DNA from: Thiobacillus sp.
GTDB taxonomy: Bacteria > Pseudomonadota > Gammaproteobacteria > Burkholderiales > Thiobacillaceae
Assembly: GCA_024709685.1 (NCBI GenBank)
Contig: JANJWF010000011.1
Coordinates: forward strand, 9,441-73,440
Reading direction: 5' to 3'
DNA length: 64,000 nt
The notes under the pieces are model-generated. The model saw only the letters and a program-made list of their open reading frames with translations. It searched no databases and was not told where the DNA came from. Position 1 is the stretch's first letter. Every line of letters begins with the position of its first letter. The position numbers and the translations under genes were made by a program. Positions 28,765 through 40,263 of this stretch are shown one piece after another.

Positions 28765-29844
28765 ATGCAAACCCTCACCGTCGACCTCGGCGACCGTTCC
28801 TATCCCATCCATATCGGCGCTGGCCTTCTGGGCCGGCCTGAGCTGATTCTGCCGCATCTGGCGCAGAAGCGCGTGGTGGTGGTGACCAACACCACGGTCG
28901 GACCCTTGTATCTGGCACGGCTGAGCGGGGTGCTGGAAGCAGGCGGGATAGCCGTAGAGAACGTCGTGCTGCCCGACGGCGAAGCCTACAAGAACTGGGA
29001 GACGCTCAACCTCATCTTCGACGCGCTCCTGATCCGGCGTGCCGAACGCCGGACCACGCTGATCGCCCTGGGCGGTGGCGTGATCGGCGACATGACCGGC
29101 TTCGCCGCGGCGTGCTACCAGCGCGGCATGCCTTTTATCCAGATCCCGACGACGCTCCTGTCGCAGGTCGACTCGTCGGTAGGCGGCAAGACCGGGATCA
29201 ACCATCCGCTCGGCAAGAACATGATCGGCGCGTTCTACCAGCCGAAGCTGGTGCTCGCCGACACCGATACCCTGAAGACGCTGCCGGCGCGCGAGTTGTC
29301 GGCGGGGCTGGCCGAGGTGATCAAGTACGGCCTCATCTGGGACGCCGAATTTCTCGGCTGGCTGGAAGCCAACATGGACAAGCTGCACGCGCTCGACCCG
29401 GCGGCGATCAGCCATGCAATCCACCGCTCCTGCGAGATCAAGGCGCAGGTCGTCGCGCAGGACGAGCGCGAGGGCGGGATCCGCGCGATTCTCAATCTCG
29501 GCCACACCTTCGGCCATGCGATCGAGACCGGCATGGGCTACGGCAACTGGTTGCACGGCGAGGCGGTCGCGGCAGGCATGGTGCTGGCTGCGCAGGTCTC
29601 GCAGCACCTGGGCTGGCTCGCCGAGGCCGACGTCGTGCGTACTCGCGCGCTGATCCGCGCTGCCGGGCTGCCGGACACGGCGCCGGACCTGGGCCTCGAC
29701 ACCTGGCTCGACTATATGGGTCACGACAAGAAGGTCGAGGGCGGCAAGCTGCGCTTCGTGCTGCTGAAGAAGCTGGGCGAGGCGGTGGTCACCGGCGACG
29801 TGCCGGCCGAGGTGCTTGCCGGCGTGCTCACAGCGCCGCACTGA
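28765..29844 (+). CDS. aroB: 3-dehydroquinate synthase
   Basis: [56 protein letters not shown]. Confidence 0.97.
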   Translation: MQTLTVDLGDRSYPIHIGAGLLGRPELILPHLAQKRVVVVTNTTVGPLYLARLSGVLEAGGIAVENVVLPDGEAYKNWETLNLIFDALLIRRAERRTTLIALGGGVIGDMTGFAAACYQRGMPFIQIPTTLLSQVDSSVGGKTGINHPLGKNMIGAFYQPKLVLADTDTLKTLPARELSAGLAEVIKYGLIWDAEFLGWLEANMDKLHALDPAAISHAIHRSCEIKAQVVAQDEREGGIRAILNLGHTFGHAIETGMGYGNWLHGEAVAAGMVLAAQVSQHLGWLAEADVVRTRALIRAAGLPDTAPDLGLDTWLDYMGHDKKVEGGKLRFVLLKKLGEAVVTGDVPAEVLAGVLTAPH

Positions 29845-29854
29845 GGGAGTATTG

Positions 29855-31000
29855 ATGGAAGCGTCGTTCGCACCAGAAGGGTATGCCTCCTACGCAGCGC
29901 ACTCCAGCCAATCGCAGGGACGCCTGCATCCTGAGCCGTCCGCCGCACCGCGCTCCGAGTTCCAGCGCGACCGCGACCGGATCATCCATTCCACCGCATT
30001 CCGACGGCTCGAATACAAGACCCAGGTGTTCGTCAACCACGAGGGCGACCTGTTCCGTACCCGGCTGACCCACAGCATCGAGGTCGCGCAGATCGCCCGC
30101 ACCATCGCCCGCCTGCTGGGTATCAACGAGGACCTCGTCGAAGCGGTGGCGCTGGCGCACGACCTCGGTCACACGCCGTTCGGCCATGCCGGACAGGATG
30201 CGCTGAACGCCTGCATGCGCGAGCACGGCGGCTTCGAGCACAATCTGCAGTCGCTGCGCGTGGTCGACCTTCTGGAAGAGCGCTACGCCGAATTCGATGG
30301 TCTCAACCTCAGCTTCGAGGCGCGCGAGGGCATCCTCAAGCACTGCTCGCTCGTCAACGCCGAAAAGCTCGGTGCAGTCGGCGAGCGCTTCCTCAACAGG
30401 CGGCAGCCCTCGCTGGAAGCGCAGGTCGCCAACCTGGCAGACGAGATCGCCTACAACAACCATGACGTCGACGACGGCCTGCGCTCAGGCCTCATCACGC
30501 TGGAACAGCTCTCCGAGGTGCAGATCTTCGCTCGCCACCTTGCCGAGGTGCGCGCGAAATACCCGGCGCTGCAGGGGCGCCGCGTGGTGACCGAGACGGT
30601 GCGCCGCATCATCAACACGCTGATCCTCGATCTGGTGAATACCACGCGGGTCAATATCGAGAACAGCGGTGTCACGAGCCTCGACGAGGTACGGGCGGCG
30701 CCGCCGCTGGCGGCGTTCAGCCCGGCGCTGCTGGACGAGCACCGTGAGTTGAAGCGCTTCCTCCTGCATCACCTGTACCGCCATTACAAGGTGGCGCGTA
30801 TGAGCGCCAAGGCAGGGCGCATCATCAGCGACCTCTACACCGCATTCACCGGCGACGCGCGCCTGCTGCCGCCCGAGCATCAGGCGCGCGAGTCCCTGGA
30901 AGGCGCTCGTGCGGTGGCCGACTATATTGCGGGCATGACCGACCGCTACGCCATGCGCGAACACCGGCGGATTTTCGCGGTGGAAGAGATTTACAGCTGA
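29855..31000 (+). CDS. dgt: Deoxyguanosinetriphosphate triphosphohydrolase (HD domain)
   Basis: [47 protein letters not shown]. Confidence 0.95.
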   Translation: MEASFAPEGYASYAAHSSQSQGRLHPEPSAAPRSEFQRDRDRIIHSTAFRRLEYKTQVFVNHEGDLFRTRLTHSIEVAQIARTIARLLGINEDLVEAVALAHDLGHTPFGHAGQDALNACMREHGGFEHNLQSLRVVDLLEERYAEFDGLNLSFEAREGILKHCSLVNAEKLGAVGERFLNRRQPSLEAQVANLADEIAYNNHDVDDGLRSGLITLEQLSEVQIFARHLAEVRAKYPALQGRRVVTETVRRIINTLILDLVNTTRVNIENSGVTSLDEVRAAPPLAAFSPALLDEHRELKRFLLHHLYRHYKVARMSAKAGRIISDLYTAFTGDARLLPPEHQARESLEGARAVADYIAGMTDRYAMREHRRIFAVEEIYS

Positions 31001-31009
31001 GCTCGCCGT

Positions 31010-31708
31010 TCAGGCGATGTCGCCGGGCGGCAGGGTCCTCGCCACCACCCAGGTCTCCACGACCGCGGCGCCCGCCTGCTTGAGCGTTTTCGCCAGTTCG
31101 TCGAGACTGGTTCCGGTGGTCATCACGTCGTCGATCAGTGCGATGCGCTGGCCGCGAACGTCTCCCGAGCATGCGAACGCACCGCGCACGTTGCGTCGCC
31201 TTTCGTCGTGCCTGAGCCCCATTTGCGGCGGGGTGTCGCGGATGCGCTGGCAACTGGCGGTATCGAGCGGCAGGCCGAGCTGCGTCGCCACCACGCGCGC
31301 GATTTCGGTGGCGTGGTTGAAACCGCGCTCGCGGATGCGCTGCGCGTGCAGCGGCATCGCGATCAGCCGGTCCGGACGGGGGCTGGATGCCACGACCTCG
31401 ACGAGGCAGGCACCCAGTGCCGGCGCGATGGCGAGCCGGCCCTGATATTTCAGGCGCGGGATCACGCGATCGAGCGGAAACGCATACGCCAGGGCGGCAC
31501 GAGTGCGGTCGAATGCGGGCGGGCGTTTGAGGCAGGCGCCGCACACCTGGCCCCCGGGGGTGGGGAGGGCGCATTGCGGGCACTGCGGCGCGATGTGCCA
31601 GGGCAGGTCGGCCTGGCAGCCGTGGCATAGCGGACGGGTGCCCGCGGATGCGCCGCAGAGCAGGCAGGCGTGCGGAAAGAGTCGATTAAAAAGTGAGCGG
31701 ATGTTCAA
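31010..31708 (-). CDS. comF: ComF family protein (zinc ribbon plus phosphoribosyltransferase domain)
   Basis: Four CxxC pairs, RGFNHA, LIDDVMTTGTSL. TTG start assumed. Confidence 0.9.
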   Translation of the reverse strand: MNIRSLFNRLFPHACLLCGASAGTRPLCHGCQADLPWHIAPQCPQCALPTPGGQVCGACLKRPPAFDRTRAALAYAFPLDRVIPRLKYQGRLAIAPALGACLVEVVASSPRPDRLIAMPLHAQRIRERGFNHATEIARVVATQLGLPLDTASCQRIRDTPPQMGLRHDERRRNVRGAFACSGDVRGQRIALIDDVMTTGTSLDELAKTLKQAGAAVVETWVVARTLPPGDIA

Positions 31709-31732
31709 TTTTAGAGGCGGTCTGATTTGACA
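31702..31732. promoter_or_regulatory. Possible BirA-type operator (imperfect inverted repeat)
   Basis: TGTTCAAT-N15-ATTTGACA lies between comF and the divergent bio cluster. It loosely resembles the proteobacterial TGTAAACC-N14/16-GGTTTACA site, with several mismatches. Confidence 0.3.
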
Positions 31733-31762
31733 GAGGCAGCACCTGACCCGAAAATTGGGGCC

Positions 31763-32212
31763 ATGAAAGCAGATCGCGTCATCCCCGCCGCTTCCTCCCG
31801 TTTGAGTGCACAGTTGTTCAACATCATCACCGTGGTGGCGCTGATGCTCTCGCTCTCCGCGTTGCTGCTGGGCAAGCTCCTCGCCAGCCAGAAAATCGGA
31901 TTTCTCCCGCTGGTGCTGTCGCTGCCACCGGTGATGATCTGGCTGGGCGCATCGATTTTCGTCTATGCCAGCATCGCCCACCACCCCAATCCGCGCACCG
32001 CACATTACAACAAGTGGGCGGGCTACCGCTATTACGGCGTAATGGGCGGCCTGGTGGTGTTCGGCCCGATGATATACGGACTGCTCGGCGGCTGGCAGGG
32101 GTTGATGCTGGTGCTGGGATTGGCGGTCGCGATCATCGTGCCCTGGGCGCTGTTCGATATCTACCGCGCCGCGCGCGAGCCGTGGCAGGACATCACCATC
32201 GAGTCGGAATAA
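31763..32212 (+). CDS. Hypothetical integral membrane protein (about 4 TM)
   Basis: Four hydrophobic segments around a central loop [22 protein letters not shown]; co-oriented with and directly upstream of bioB. Confidence 0.75.
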   Translation: MKADRVIPAASSRLSAQLFNIITVVALMLSLSALLLGKLLASQKIGFLPLVLSLPPVMIWLGASIFVYASIAHHPNPRTAHYNKWAGYRYYGVMGGLVVFGPMIYGLLGGWQGLMLVLGLAVAIIVPWALFDIYRAAREPWQDITIESE

Positions 32213-32294
32213 CCATCATCGCGGCAGGCAAGCTTGCCGCACGTTGCGAGCGGATCGCACTCGCATGAACGACGATTTAACGAGGCTACCCCCC

Positions 32295-33248
32295 ATGAAT
32301 GATATGACCCAACCTGCCGGCCGCCTGTCGATGGCCGGGATCGAGGCGCTGTTCGCCTTGCCGTTTGCCGACCTGATGTATCGCGCGCAAACGGTGCACC
32401 GCGAGCACTTCGATCCCAACCGCGTGCAGCTGTCGACCCTGCTGTCGATCAAGACCGGCGGCTGTTCCGAGGACTGCGGCTATTGCCCGCAGTCGGTGCA
32501 TTACGACGCGGGAGTTGAAAAGCAGGGCCTGCTCGATCTCGACGACGTGCTCAGGGCCGCCCGGGCCGCCAAGGATGCCGGCGCTTCACGCTTCTGCATG
32601 GGCGCAGCCTGGCGCGGGCCCAAGCAGCGCGACCTCGAGCCGGTGCTCCACATGGTGCGCGAAGTGAAGTCGCTGGGCCTGGAAACCTGCGCCACGCTTG
32701 GCATACTGAAGGACGGCCAGGCCGAGCAGCTGAAGGAGGCCGGCCTTGACTACTACAACCACAACCTCGACACCGCGCCCGAGTTCTACGGCGAGATCGT
32801 CACCACCCGCGAGTACCAGGACCGCCTCGACACCCTGGAGCGTGTGCGCCAGGCCGACCTCCACGTCTGCTGCGGCGGCATCGTCGGCATGGGCGAATCG
32901 CGCACCCAGCGCGCCGGCCTGATCGCCCAGCTTGCCGCGCTCGACCCACAGCCGGAATCGGTGCCGATCAACCTGCTGGTGCAGGTCGAGGGCACGCCGC
33001 TCGCCGGCACCGAGGCGCTCGACCCGCTGGAATTCGTGCGCACCATTGCCGTCGCCCGCATCTGCATGCCGAAGAGCTTCGTGCGCCTGTCGGCCGGCCG
33101 CCAGCAGATGAGCGACGCGGTGCAGGCGCTGTGCTTCCTCGCAGGCGCCAACTCGATCTTCTACGGCGAGAAGCTCTTGACCACCGGCAACCCCGAGTGG
33201 GAGCGCGACCAGCGCCTGTTCGACAACCTGGGCCTGATCCCCTTGTGA
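32295..33248 (+). CDS. bioB: Biotin synthase
   Basis: Radical SAM motif [42 protein letters not shown]. Confidence 0.97.
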   Translation: MNDMTQPAGRLSMAGIEALFALPFADLMYRAQTVHREHFDPNRVQLSTLLSIKTGGCSEDCGYCPQSVHYDAGVEKQGLLDLDDVLRAARAAKDAGASRFCMGAAWRGPKQRDLEPVLHMVREVKSLGLETCATLGILKDGQAEQLKEAGLDYYNHNLDTAPEFYGEIVTTREYQDRLDTLERVRQADLHVCCGGIVGMGESRTQRAGLIAQLAALDPQPESVPINLLVQVEGTPLAGTEALDPLEFVRTIAVARICMPKSFVRLSAGRQQMSDAVQALCFLAGANSIFYGEKLLTTGNPEWERDQRLFDNLGLIPL

Positions 33249-34405
33249 CACACCCCGCGCTGACCCGTCTGCAGCAGGGGCTGGGCGCGCTGAAGGCCGA
33301 TCATCTCGAGCGGCGGCGCCGGCTGCTTGAGAGCGCGCAGGGCGCCCACGTCATGATCGACGGACAGCGCGTCGTCTCGTTTTGCAGCAACGACTATCTC
33401 GGCCTTGCCGCCGATCCGACGCTGGTGGCGGCCGCACACGCCGCGCTCGATCAGTGCGGCGTCGGCGCCGGCGCGGCGCATCTGATCACCGGACATCACG
33501 GCTTCCACCAGGACTTCGAGGCCGCATTCGCGCGCTTCGTCAGGAAATCCGCTGCGCTGTTGTTTTCCACCGGCTACATGGCCAATCTCGGCGTTGTGAC
33601 AGCCCTGGTCGACCGCCGCGGCGAAGTGTTCGCCGACAAGCTCAATCACGCCTCGCTGGTCGACGCCGCACAGTTGTCCGGCGCGAGTTTCACCCGCTAT
33701 CGTCATCTCGAGCTGTCCCAGCTCGAGGGCCAGCTGGCCGCAAGCGCGGCGCCGGACAAGCTGATCGTCTCGGATCTGGTGTTCAGCATGGACGGCGACA
33801 CGGCGCCCGTCGACGCCCTGCTCGATCTTGCCGAGCGCTACGACGCCTGGCTCTACCTCGACGACGCCCACGGCTTCGGCGTGCTGAACCAAGGCCGCGG
33901 CGGCCTGACCGAGCGCGCGCGGGCGAGCGACCGCGTGATCTATCTGGCCACGCTCGGCAAGGCGGCGGGCGTGGCGGGCGCGGCGGTGGCGGCGCACGAG
34001 AGCGTGATCGACTGGCTGATCCAGAAGGCGCGCCCCTACATCTATACCACTGCGTCGCCGCCGCTCCTCGCCGCGTGCCTGCTGGAAAGCATCCGCCAGA
34101 TCGAAGCGGGTGAAACGCGGCGCAAACGCCTGCGTCGTCACATCGCCCAGTTGCGCGAGGGGCTGGCCGGGCTGAAGCTCGGTGTGCTGATGGATTCCGC
34201 CACTCCGATCCAGCCAGTGGTGATCGGTGCGAATGCCGATGCCGTGCGGCTGTCGCAGGCCTTGCTGCAGCGCGGACTGCTGGTGCCCGCCATCCGCACG
34301 CCGACGGTGCCTGCCAACACTGCCCGGCTGCGCATTACCCTGTCGGCCGCGCATAGCGCGGACGATGTCGCGCAACTCGTCGAGACGCTGCATGCGCTCG
34401 CCTAA
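33245..34405 (+). CDS. bioF: 8-amino-7-oxononanoate synthase
   Basis: [34 protein letters not shown]-Lys motif TLGKA; GTGA overlap. Confidence 0.95.
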   Translation: MTHPALTRLQQGLGALKADHLERRRRLLESAQGAHVMIDGQRVVSFCSNDYLGLAADPTLVAAAHAALDQCGVGAGAAHLITGHHGFHQDFEAAFARFVRKSAALLFSTGYMANLGVVTALVDRRGEVFADKLNHASLVDAAQLSGASFTRYRHLELSQLEGQLAASAAPDKLIVSDLVFSMDGDTAPVDALLDLAERYDAWLYLDDAHGFGVLNQGRGGLTERARASDRVIYLATLGKAAGVAGAAVAAHESVIDWLIQKARPYIYTTASPPLLAACLLESIRQIEAGETRRKRLRRHIAQLREGLAGLKLGVLMDSATPIQPVVIGANADAVRLSQALLQRGLLVPAIRTPTVPANTARLRITLSAAHSADDVAQLVETLHALA

Positions 34406-35138
34406 ACCTGTGCTCGTGCTGTTGCACGGCTGGGGCATGAATGGCCGCGTGTTCGATACGCTGGCCGCGCGGCTCGCTGATGCGTTCGAGGTGAGGGCCC
34501 CTCATCTGCCCGGCCACGGCGGCCGCGACGCGCTGGCGGTGAACACCCTGCACGCCTGGGCGGACAATCTGGCGCGGCAGTTGCCAGACGGCGCCACTTT
34601 GCTCGGATGGTCGCTCGGCGGGCAGGTGGCGATGCGTGCAGCGCTCGACCATCCCCGCAAAATCAGACGCCTGATCCTGCTGGCGTCGACGCCGAGGTTC
34701 GTCACGACGGACGACTGGCCGCGCGGCATGGCCGCCGCCGACCTGCAGGCATTCGGCGCGGCGCTGCTGGCCGATCCGGAGACGACCCTGCTGCGTTTTC
34801 TTAGTCTGCAGACGCGCGGCATGCCGGGGCAGAAGGCGCTGCTGCAGCAGTTGCGGCAGACGCTGCTGGCAGCGCCCGTGGCCAGCGCCGCGGCGCTGGC
34901 GGGCGGACTGGCGATTCTGCGCGATACCGATCTGCGCGCGGAACTGCCGCAGCTGGCGCAGCCGACCCTGGTGCTGCATGGAGCGCTCGATGCGCTGACG
35001 CCGGCGGCTGCCGGCGCCTGGTTGGCCGACGTCCTGCCGGCAGCACAGCATGTCGAATACGCGCGTGCCGCGCATGCTCCGCACCTGTCTCATGGTGAGG
35101 AGGTCGAGGCGGCAATCCGACGCTTTGCGCATGGCTGA
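34392..35138 (+). CDS. bioH: Pimeloyl-ACP methyl ester esterase
   Basis: LLHGWGMN, GWSLGG nucleophile elbow, HAPHLSH; sits between bioF and bioC. Confidence 0.92.
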   Translation: MRSPKPVLVLLHGWGMNGRVFDTLAARLADAFEVRAPHLPGHGGRDALAVNTLHAWADNLARQLPDGATLLGWSLGGQVAMRAALDHPRKIRRLILLASTPRFVTTDDWPRGMAAADLQAFGAALLADPETTLLRFLSLQTRGMPGQKALLQQLRQTLLAAPVASAAALAGGLAILRDTDLRAELPQLAQPTLVLHGALDALTPAAAGAWLADVLPAAQHVEYARAAHAPHLSHGEEVEAAIRRFAHG

Positions 35139-36051
35139 TCCAGAGCTCGATTTTGCCGAAGTGCGCCGCGCGTTCGACCACGCTGCCGCCAGCTACGATG
35201 CCCACGCGGTGCTGCAGCGCGAGGTCTGCGACCGCCTGCTTGAGCGGCTCGATTTCATGACCCTGCAGCCCGGCCGCGTGCTCGATGTCGGCACCGGGAC
35301 GGGCTACGGCCTGGCAGCGCTGCGTTCACGCTATGCCGAGGCCGAACTCTGTGCTCTCGATATCGCGCCGTCCATGCTGGCGGCGGCGCGCGCGCGCTTT
35401 CCCCAGCCCGGTTGGGGAAAGCGCGTGCTCACCCGGCTGACCCCTTTGTCTTCCCCCCTCACCCATCTGGTATGCGCCGACATGGAGCGGTTGCCGCTGG
35501 CGGCCGACAGTGTGAACCTTGTCTGGTCGAGCCTCGCCCTGCAGTGGGCGCGTGACCTGGAAGCCGCGTTCAGAGGCCTTCACCGTGCGCTGGCACCGGG
35601 CGGGCTGCTGATCTTCGCCACCTTCGGTCCGGATACCCTGAAGGAATTGCGCGCGGCTTTCGCGGAAATCGACGATGCGCCGCACGTCAACCGCTTCATC
35701 GACCTGCACGACATCGGTGACATGCTGATCCACGCCGGCTTTTCCAGCCCGGTGATGGAAATGGACATGCTGACGCTGACCTATGCCGACCTCAAGGCCC
35801 TGATGCGCGATCTCAAGGGCATCGGTGCGCACAATTCGGCTGTGGCGCGCAGACGCGGCCTGCTGGGCAAGTCGGCGTGGGTGCGACTGGAGCAGGCTTA
35901 TGAAGCGAGGCGGCTGGAAGGGCGGCTGCCTGCCACCTTCGAGGTGGTCTACGGCCACGCGTGGGCAGGCGACAAGATGCAGCGCGAGGACGGGCGCCAG
36001 GTGATCCAGTTCAATATCGGCGAGCGCCGCCGCAAGCTGGGGCTGGCATGA
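35131..36051 (+). CDS. bioC: Malonyl-ACP O-methyltransferase
   Basis: YDAHAVLQREV, VLDVGTGTG, FGPDTLKEL, HDIGD, EVVYGHAW. Confidence 0.93.
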   Translation: MADPELDFAEVRRAFDHAAASYDAHAVLQREVCDRLLERLDFMTLQPGRVLDVGTGTGYGLAALRSRYAEAELCALDIAPSMLAAARARFPQPGWGKRVLTRLTPLSSPLTHLVCADMERLPLAADSVNLVWSSLALQWARDLEAAFRGLHRALAPGGLLIFATFGPDTLKELRAAFAEIDDAPHVNRFIDLHDIGDMLIHAGFSSPVMEMDMLTLTYADLKALMRDLKGIGAHNSAVARRRGLLGKSAWVRLEQAYEARRLEGRLPATFEVVYGHAWAGDKMQREDGRQVIQFNIGERRRKLGLA

Positions 36052-36734
36052 GTGCGCGCGGGCTGTTTGTGACGGGGACCGACACGGGAGTGGGCAAGAC
36101 CCGGGTGGCGGTGGCGCTGATCCGCGCGTTGCAGGCGCAGGGTCTGCGGGTGGCGGGGATGAAGCCGGTATCGGCCGGCAGCGCGCCCGGCGAACTGAAC
36201 GAGGACGTGGCCGCCCTGCACGAGGCGGCCGACGTCAAGACCGACCTCCACGACCTGAACCCCTATGCCTTCACCGAGGCGATCGCACCGCACATCGCAG
36301 CGGAGCGAGCGGGGACGCGGATCGAACTGGGCGTCATCGCCGCGGCGTACGCCCGCCTGGCTGCCGCGGCCGATGTGGTGGTCATCGAAGGTGCGGGCGG
36401 CTGGCGGACGCCATTGAACGAGCGCGAGGACATCGCGGATCTTGCGCAGGCGCTCGGACTGCCGGTCGTGCTGGTGGTGGGGCTCCGCCTGGGCTGCCTC
36501 AACCATGCGCGGCTGACTGTGGAGTCGATCAGCGGCAGGCAGCTTCCCTGGGCTGGCTGGATTGGAAATCATATCGACCCTCAGATGGCGCGTCCGGTTG
36601 AAAATCTGGCGACGCTGCATGGATGCCTGCCTGGACCGTGCCTGGGGGTGAGCCCCCACGCGCCTCACGAACGCCTGACGCGCGTGCCGCAATGGCTGAC
36701 GCTGCCCCGAGACCTGGTATTTTCAAAGAAATAG
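36048..36734 (+). CDS. bioD: Dethiobiotin synthase
   Basis: TGTDTGVGKT, MKPV, IEGAGG, LGCLNHA. Confidence 0.95.
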   Translation: MSARGLFVTGTDTGVGKTRVAVALIRALQAQGLRVAGMKPVSAGSAPGELNEDVAALHEAADVKTDLHDLNPYAFTEAIAPHIAAERAGTRIELGVIAAAYARLAAAADVVVIEGAGGWRTPLNEREDIADLAQALGLPVVLVVGLRLGCLNHARLTVESISGRQLPWAGWIGNHIDPQMARPVENLATLHGCLPGPCLGVSPHAPHERLTRVPQWLTLPRDLVFSKK

Positions 36735-36782
36735 CCTATACATTGGCTAATAACTAGACACAGGCTAACAGGGTTTTGTGTT

Positions 36783-36810
36783 GCGCTGCGTGCAGTCATA
36801 CACGCAGCGC
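36783..36810. repeat. Perfect 10-bp inverted repeat (hairpin) between bioD and the cox operon
   Basis: GCGCTGCGTG-cagtcata-CACGCAGCGC, with no U-tract. Confidence 0.55.
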
Positions 36811-36857
36811 TGTGCTGCTGTCTGCGGCTCATCGCATGTGGTTCCCTCATTCCCGCT

Positions 36858-37343
36858 ATGGAACAGGTGAATACGGAAAGCCTTTCACGCGAGTCGTCAG
36901 GGGCGTTTGTGTTCCAGTCACGCCCCAATTGTTCGCAGACGCACGCACAGGAACGCCTGGCCTTTCGCGGGTTGGCAGCACTGTGTCTGGGTACGGCGAT
37001 TGGATTTGCGGGAATGGGCTACTGGCTGGTCTTGCCGTTCGAGGGACTGGTGATCGGCCTGTTGATCTGGGCACGAGCGGTACGGCATGGACATGAAAGC
37101 GACTACGAGTCCCTCACCATCGAGGGCGACATGGTGGTACTGGAATGGCGCATGGGCAACCAGAGCGGGCACCGCCAAATGAACCGCCAGTGGGTTCGTG
37201 TCGCATGCGACTGTACCGTGCCCGGCAGAAGCTGCCGCCTTTGCGTGAGCTCGCATGGCCGTGAAACCGAAGTTGGGCATTACCTCAGTGATGAGGCGCG
37301 CCTGCAACTGGCCGCTACCTTGCGCAGCAAGTTGCAGGCATAG
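36858..37343 (+). CDS. DUF2244-type integral membrane protein
   Basis: RPNCS, two TMs (GYWLVLPFEGL), HGRETEVGHYL...R.QLA..L; the usual neighbour upstream of coxB. Confidence 0.8.
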   Translation: MEQVNTESLSRESSGAFVFQSRPNCSQTHAQERLAFRGLAALCLGTAIGFAGMGYWLVLPFEGLVIGLLIWARAVRHGHESDYESLTIEGDMVVLEWRMGNQSGHRQMNRQWVRVACDCTVPGRSCRLCVSSHGRETEVGHYLSDEARLQLAATLRSKLQA

Positions 37344-37402
37344 AACACCCACAACGCGCGCGCAACGACCATATCAACGTCGAAGAGGATGGGGGGTAGG
37401 CG

Positions 37403-38545
37403 ATGAAAGGCACGTGGCAGTCAGGGGTGGGAGCGCTTGCGCTGGTGGGCAGCGGGACGGCACTCGCGGATTATGCATACAACCTGCAAACGCCGGCGAG
37501 CGGGGTGGCGCAGGACGTATTCCAGCTGCACAACCTCATCATGCTGGTGTGCCTGGGAATCTTCGTCGTGGTGTTCACCGCAATGTTCTATTCGCTGTGG
37601 AAGCACCGCAAATCGGTCGGCCACCAGGCCGCACACTTCCACGAAAACACCACGGTTGAAGTCATCTGGACGGTGATCCCCTTCATCATTCTGGTGGGCA
37701 TGGCATATCCAGCCGCCAGGGTGGTGATCGACATGAAGGACACGTCCAGTCCGGACATGACCGTCAAGGTCACCGGCTTTCAGTGGAAGTGGCGGTACGA
37801 CTACCTCAATGACGGCATCGGCTTCTACAGCAACCTTTCCACGCCGCGCCAGCAAATCGACGGCACTGCCGTGAAGGGCGAACACTATCTGCTGGAAGTC
37901 GACGAGCCGATGGTGGTGCCGGTCGGCAAGCGCGTACGTTTGCTGGTCACCGCCAACGACGTGATCCATTCCTGGTGGTTGCCGGCGTTCAGCGTCAAGC
38001 AGGACGGGATCCCCGGTTTTATCCGCGACAGCTGGTTCAAGGCCGACCAGATCGGCACCTATCGCGGCCAGTGCGCCGAACTGTGCGGCAAGGAACACGG
38101 CTTCATGCCCATCGTGGTCGAGGTCGTGTCGGAACCGGACTATCAGGCCTGGGTGGCGAAGAAAAAGGGCGCCGCACAAACTGCCGCGGCCGACCATGGC
38201 AGGATCTTTGAAATCGCCGAACTGATGGCGCGCGGCGAGAAGGCCTATCAGGCCAACTGCGCAGTCTGCCATCAGGAAAACGGCATGGGGTTGCCGGGCA
38301 CGTTCCCGGCGATCCGCGGCTCCAGGGTCGCTACCGGGCCGATCGCTGACCACATCAAAGTCGTGATGAACGGCCGTCCTGGCACCGCCATGGCGGCGTT
38401 CGGACCTCGGTTGTCCGACGCGGACATCGCGGCGGTCGTGACGTATCAGCGCAATGCCTGGGGCAACAAGATGGGCGATCTTGCGCAGCCCGCCGAGATC
38501 GCAGCGACGCGCCTCCGGGTCGCCAAAGCCTCTGCGACACAATGA
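37403..38545 (+). CDS. coxB: Cytochrome c oxidase subunit II with C-terminal cytochrome c domain (caa3-type)
   Basis: EVIWT, QWKW, DVIHSWW, CuA motif [12 protein letters not shown], heme motif CAVCH. Confidence 0.96.
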   Translation: MKGTWQSGVGALALVGSGTALADYAYNLQTPASGVAQDVFQLHNLIMLVCLGIFVVVFTAMFYSLWKHRKSVGHQAAHFHENTTVEVIWTVIPFIILVGMAYPAARVVIDMKDTSSPDMTVKVTGFQWKWRYDYLNDGIGFYSNLSTPRQQIDGTAVKGEHYLLEVDEPMVVPVGKRVRLLVTANDVIHSWWLPAFSVKQDGIPGFIRDSWFKADQIGTYRGQCAELCGKEHGFMPIVVEVVSEPDYQAWVAKKKGAAQTAAADHGRIFEIAELMARGEKAYQANCAVCHQENGMGLPGTFPAIRGSRVATGPIADHIKVVMNGRPGTAMAAFGPRLSDADIAAVVTYQRNAWGNKMGDLAQPAEIAATRLRVAKASATQ

Positions 38546-38565
38546 ATAACGAGAGGAGAGCCCAA

Positions 38566-40143
38566 ATGTCTGATGCCGCACACGCCCACCCTGGACACCA
38601 CACGCATCCCACCGGAATCATGCGCTGGCTGACTACGACCAATCACAAGGACATCGGCACGATGTATCTGTGGTTTGCACTCATCATGCTGTTCTCCGCC
38701 GGGTCGATGGCATTGTTGATCCGGACCGAGCTCTTCCAGCCCGGCCTGCAGCTGGTACATCCCGACTTCTTCAACCAGCTCACCACGATGCACGGGCTGA
38801 TCATGATTTTCGGTGCCATCATGCCGGCCTTTACCGGATTTGCGAACTGGCAGGTGCCGCTGATGCTGGGGGCGCCGGATATGGCGTTTCCGCGGCTGAA
38901 CAACTGGAGTTTCTGGCTGCTGCCGGCGGCCGGCCTGATGCTGATGAGCTCGTTTCTCCTTCCCGGTGGTGCCGCCGCGGGTGGCTGGACGATGTATCCG
39001 CCGCTGTTCATTCAGGGCGGCATTTCCTATGACCTGACGATTTTGGCGGTGCATATCATGGGCCTGTCGTCGATCATGGGCTCGATCAACATCATCACGA
39101 CCATCCTCAACATGCGTGCGCCCGGACTCACGCTGATGAAAATGCCGATGTTCTGCTGGACCTGGCTCATCACCGCCTACCTGCTGATCGCCACCATGCC
39201 GGTACTGGCAGGAGCGGTGACCATGCTCCTGACCGACCGCAATTTCGGCACCCACTTCTTCAACGCGGCCGGCGGCGGCGATCCGGTGATGTTCCAGCAT
39301 ATCTTCTGGTTCTTTGGGCATCCCGAGGTGTACATCCTGATCCTGCCCGCCTTCGGCATCGTCTCGCAGATCATTCCCACCTTCTCCCGCAAGCCCCTGT
39401 TCGGCTATGCCTCGATGGTCTACGCGACCGCGTCGATCGCCATCCTGTCGTTCATCGTCTGGGCCCACCACATGTTTGCCGTCGGCATGCCGGTCGCCGC
39501 GCAGCTGTTCTTCATGTTCTCCACCATGCTGATCGCCGTGCCCACCGGCGTGAAGGTGTTCAACTGGGTGGCCACGATGTGGAAGGGTTCGCTGACCTTT
39601 GAGACGCCGATGCTGTTCGCCATTGCCTTCGTCTGCCTGTTCACCATTGGCGGGTTCTCGGGGTTGGTGCTGGCGATGGCGCCGGTCGATATCCAGCTCC
39701 AGGACACCTATTACGTGGTGGCGCACTTCCATTACGTGCTGGTCTCCGGCGCGCTGTTCTCGATCTTCGCCGGCATCTACTACTGGCTGCCGAAGTGGAC
39801 CGGCCACATGTACGACGAGCGGTTGGGCAAGCTGCACTTCTGGCTGTCGGTGATCGGCATGAACATCGTGTTCTTCCCGATGCACTTCCTCGGTCTGGCC
39901 GGCATGCCGCGCCGCATCCCAGACTACGCGCTGCAGTTCACCGAATTCAACCAGATCGCCACGGTGGGCGCATTCATCTTCGGCTTCAGCCAGCTGATCT
40001 TTCTGACGGTGGTGCTGAAAACCATCAGGGGCGGCGCGAAGGCCCCTGCCCGCGTATGGGAGGGGGCTGAAGGACTCGAATGGACGGTGCCGTCCCCTGC
40101 GCCTTACCATACATTCGAAGTCGCACCGGTGCTGTCGAAATGA
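38566..40143 (+). CDS. ctaD: Cytochrome c oxidase subunit I (A1 type)
   Basis: [37 protein letters not shown]; RBS AGGAG. Confidence 0.97.
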   Translation: MSDAAHAHPGHHTHPTGIMRWLTTTNHKDIGTMYLWFALIMLFSAGSMALLIRTELFQPGLQLVHPDFFNQLTTMHGLIMIFGAIMPAFTGFANWQVPLMLGAPDMAFPRLNNWSFWLLPAAGLMLMSSFLLPGGAAAGGWTMYPPLFIQGGISYDLTILAVHIMGLSSIMGSINIITTILNMRAPGLTLMKMPMFCWTWLITAYLLIATMPVLAGAVTMLLTDRNFGTHFFNAAGGGDPVMFQHIFWFFGHPEVYILILPAFGIVSQIIPTFSRKPLFGYASMVYATASIAILSFIVWAHHMFAVGMPVAAQLFFMFSTMLIAVPTGVKVFNWVATMWKGSLTFETPMLFAIAFVCLFTIGGFSGLVLAMAPVDIQLQDTYYVVAHFHYVLVSGALFSIFAGIYYWLPKWTGHMYDERLGKLHFWLSVIGMNIVFFPMHFLGLAGMPRRIPDYALQFTEFNQIATVGAFIFGFSQLIFLTVVLKTIRGGAKAPARVWEGAEGLEWTVPSPAPYHTFEVAPVLSK

Positions 40144-40160
40144 GTAAGGAGGCAGCCGAC

Positions 40161-40259
40161 ATGGCGGATCAGCGCACCGGCAAATACCGTACGGCGGCCA
40201 TCCTGGCGGCAGTCGCCCTGGGACTGTTCCTGTTCACCCTGTACAGCGGGCTGAAGTAG
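40161..40259 (+). CDS. Cytochrome oxidase small single-TM protein (32 aa; absent from the ORF track)
   Basis: Strong RBS TAAGGAGG; MADQRTGKYRTAAILAAVALGLFLFTLYSGLK; lies between coxA and ctaG. Confidence 0.75.
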   Translation: MADQRTGKYRTAAILAAVALGLFLFTLYSGLK

Positions 40260-40263
40260 AACC

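Noticed and set aside
31709-32005. N-terminal extension of comF in the ORF track
   Set aside because: It is antisense to the membrane-protein gene; ComF homology starts near LFPHAC.
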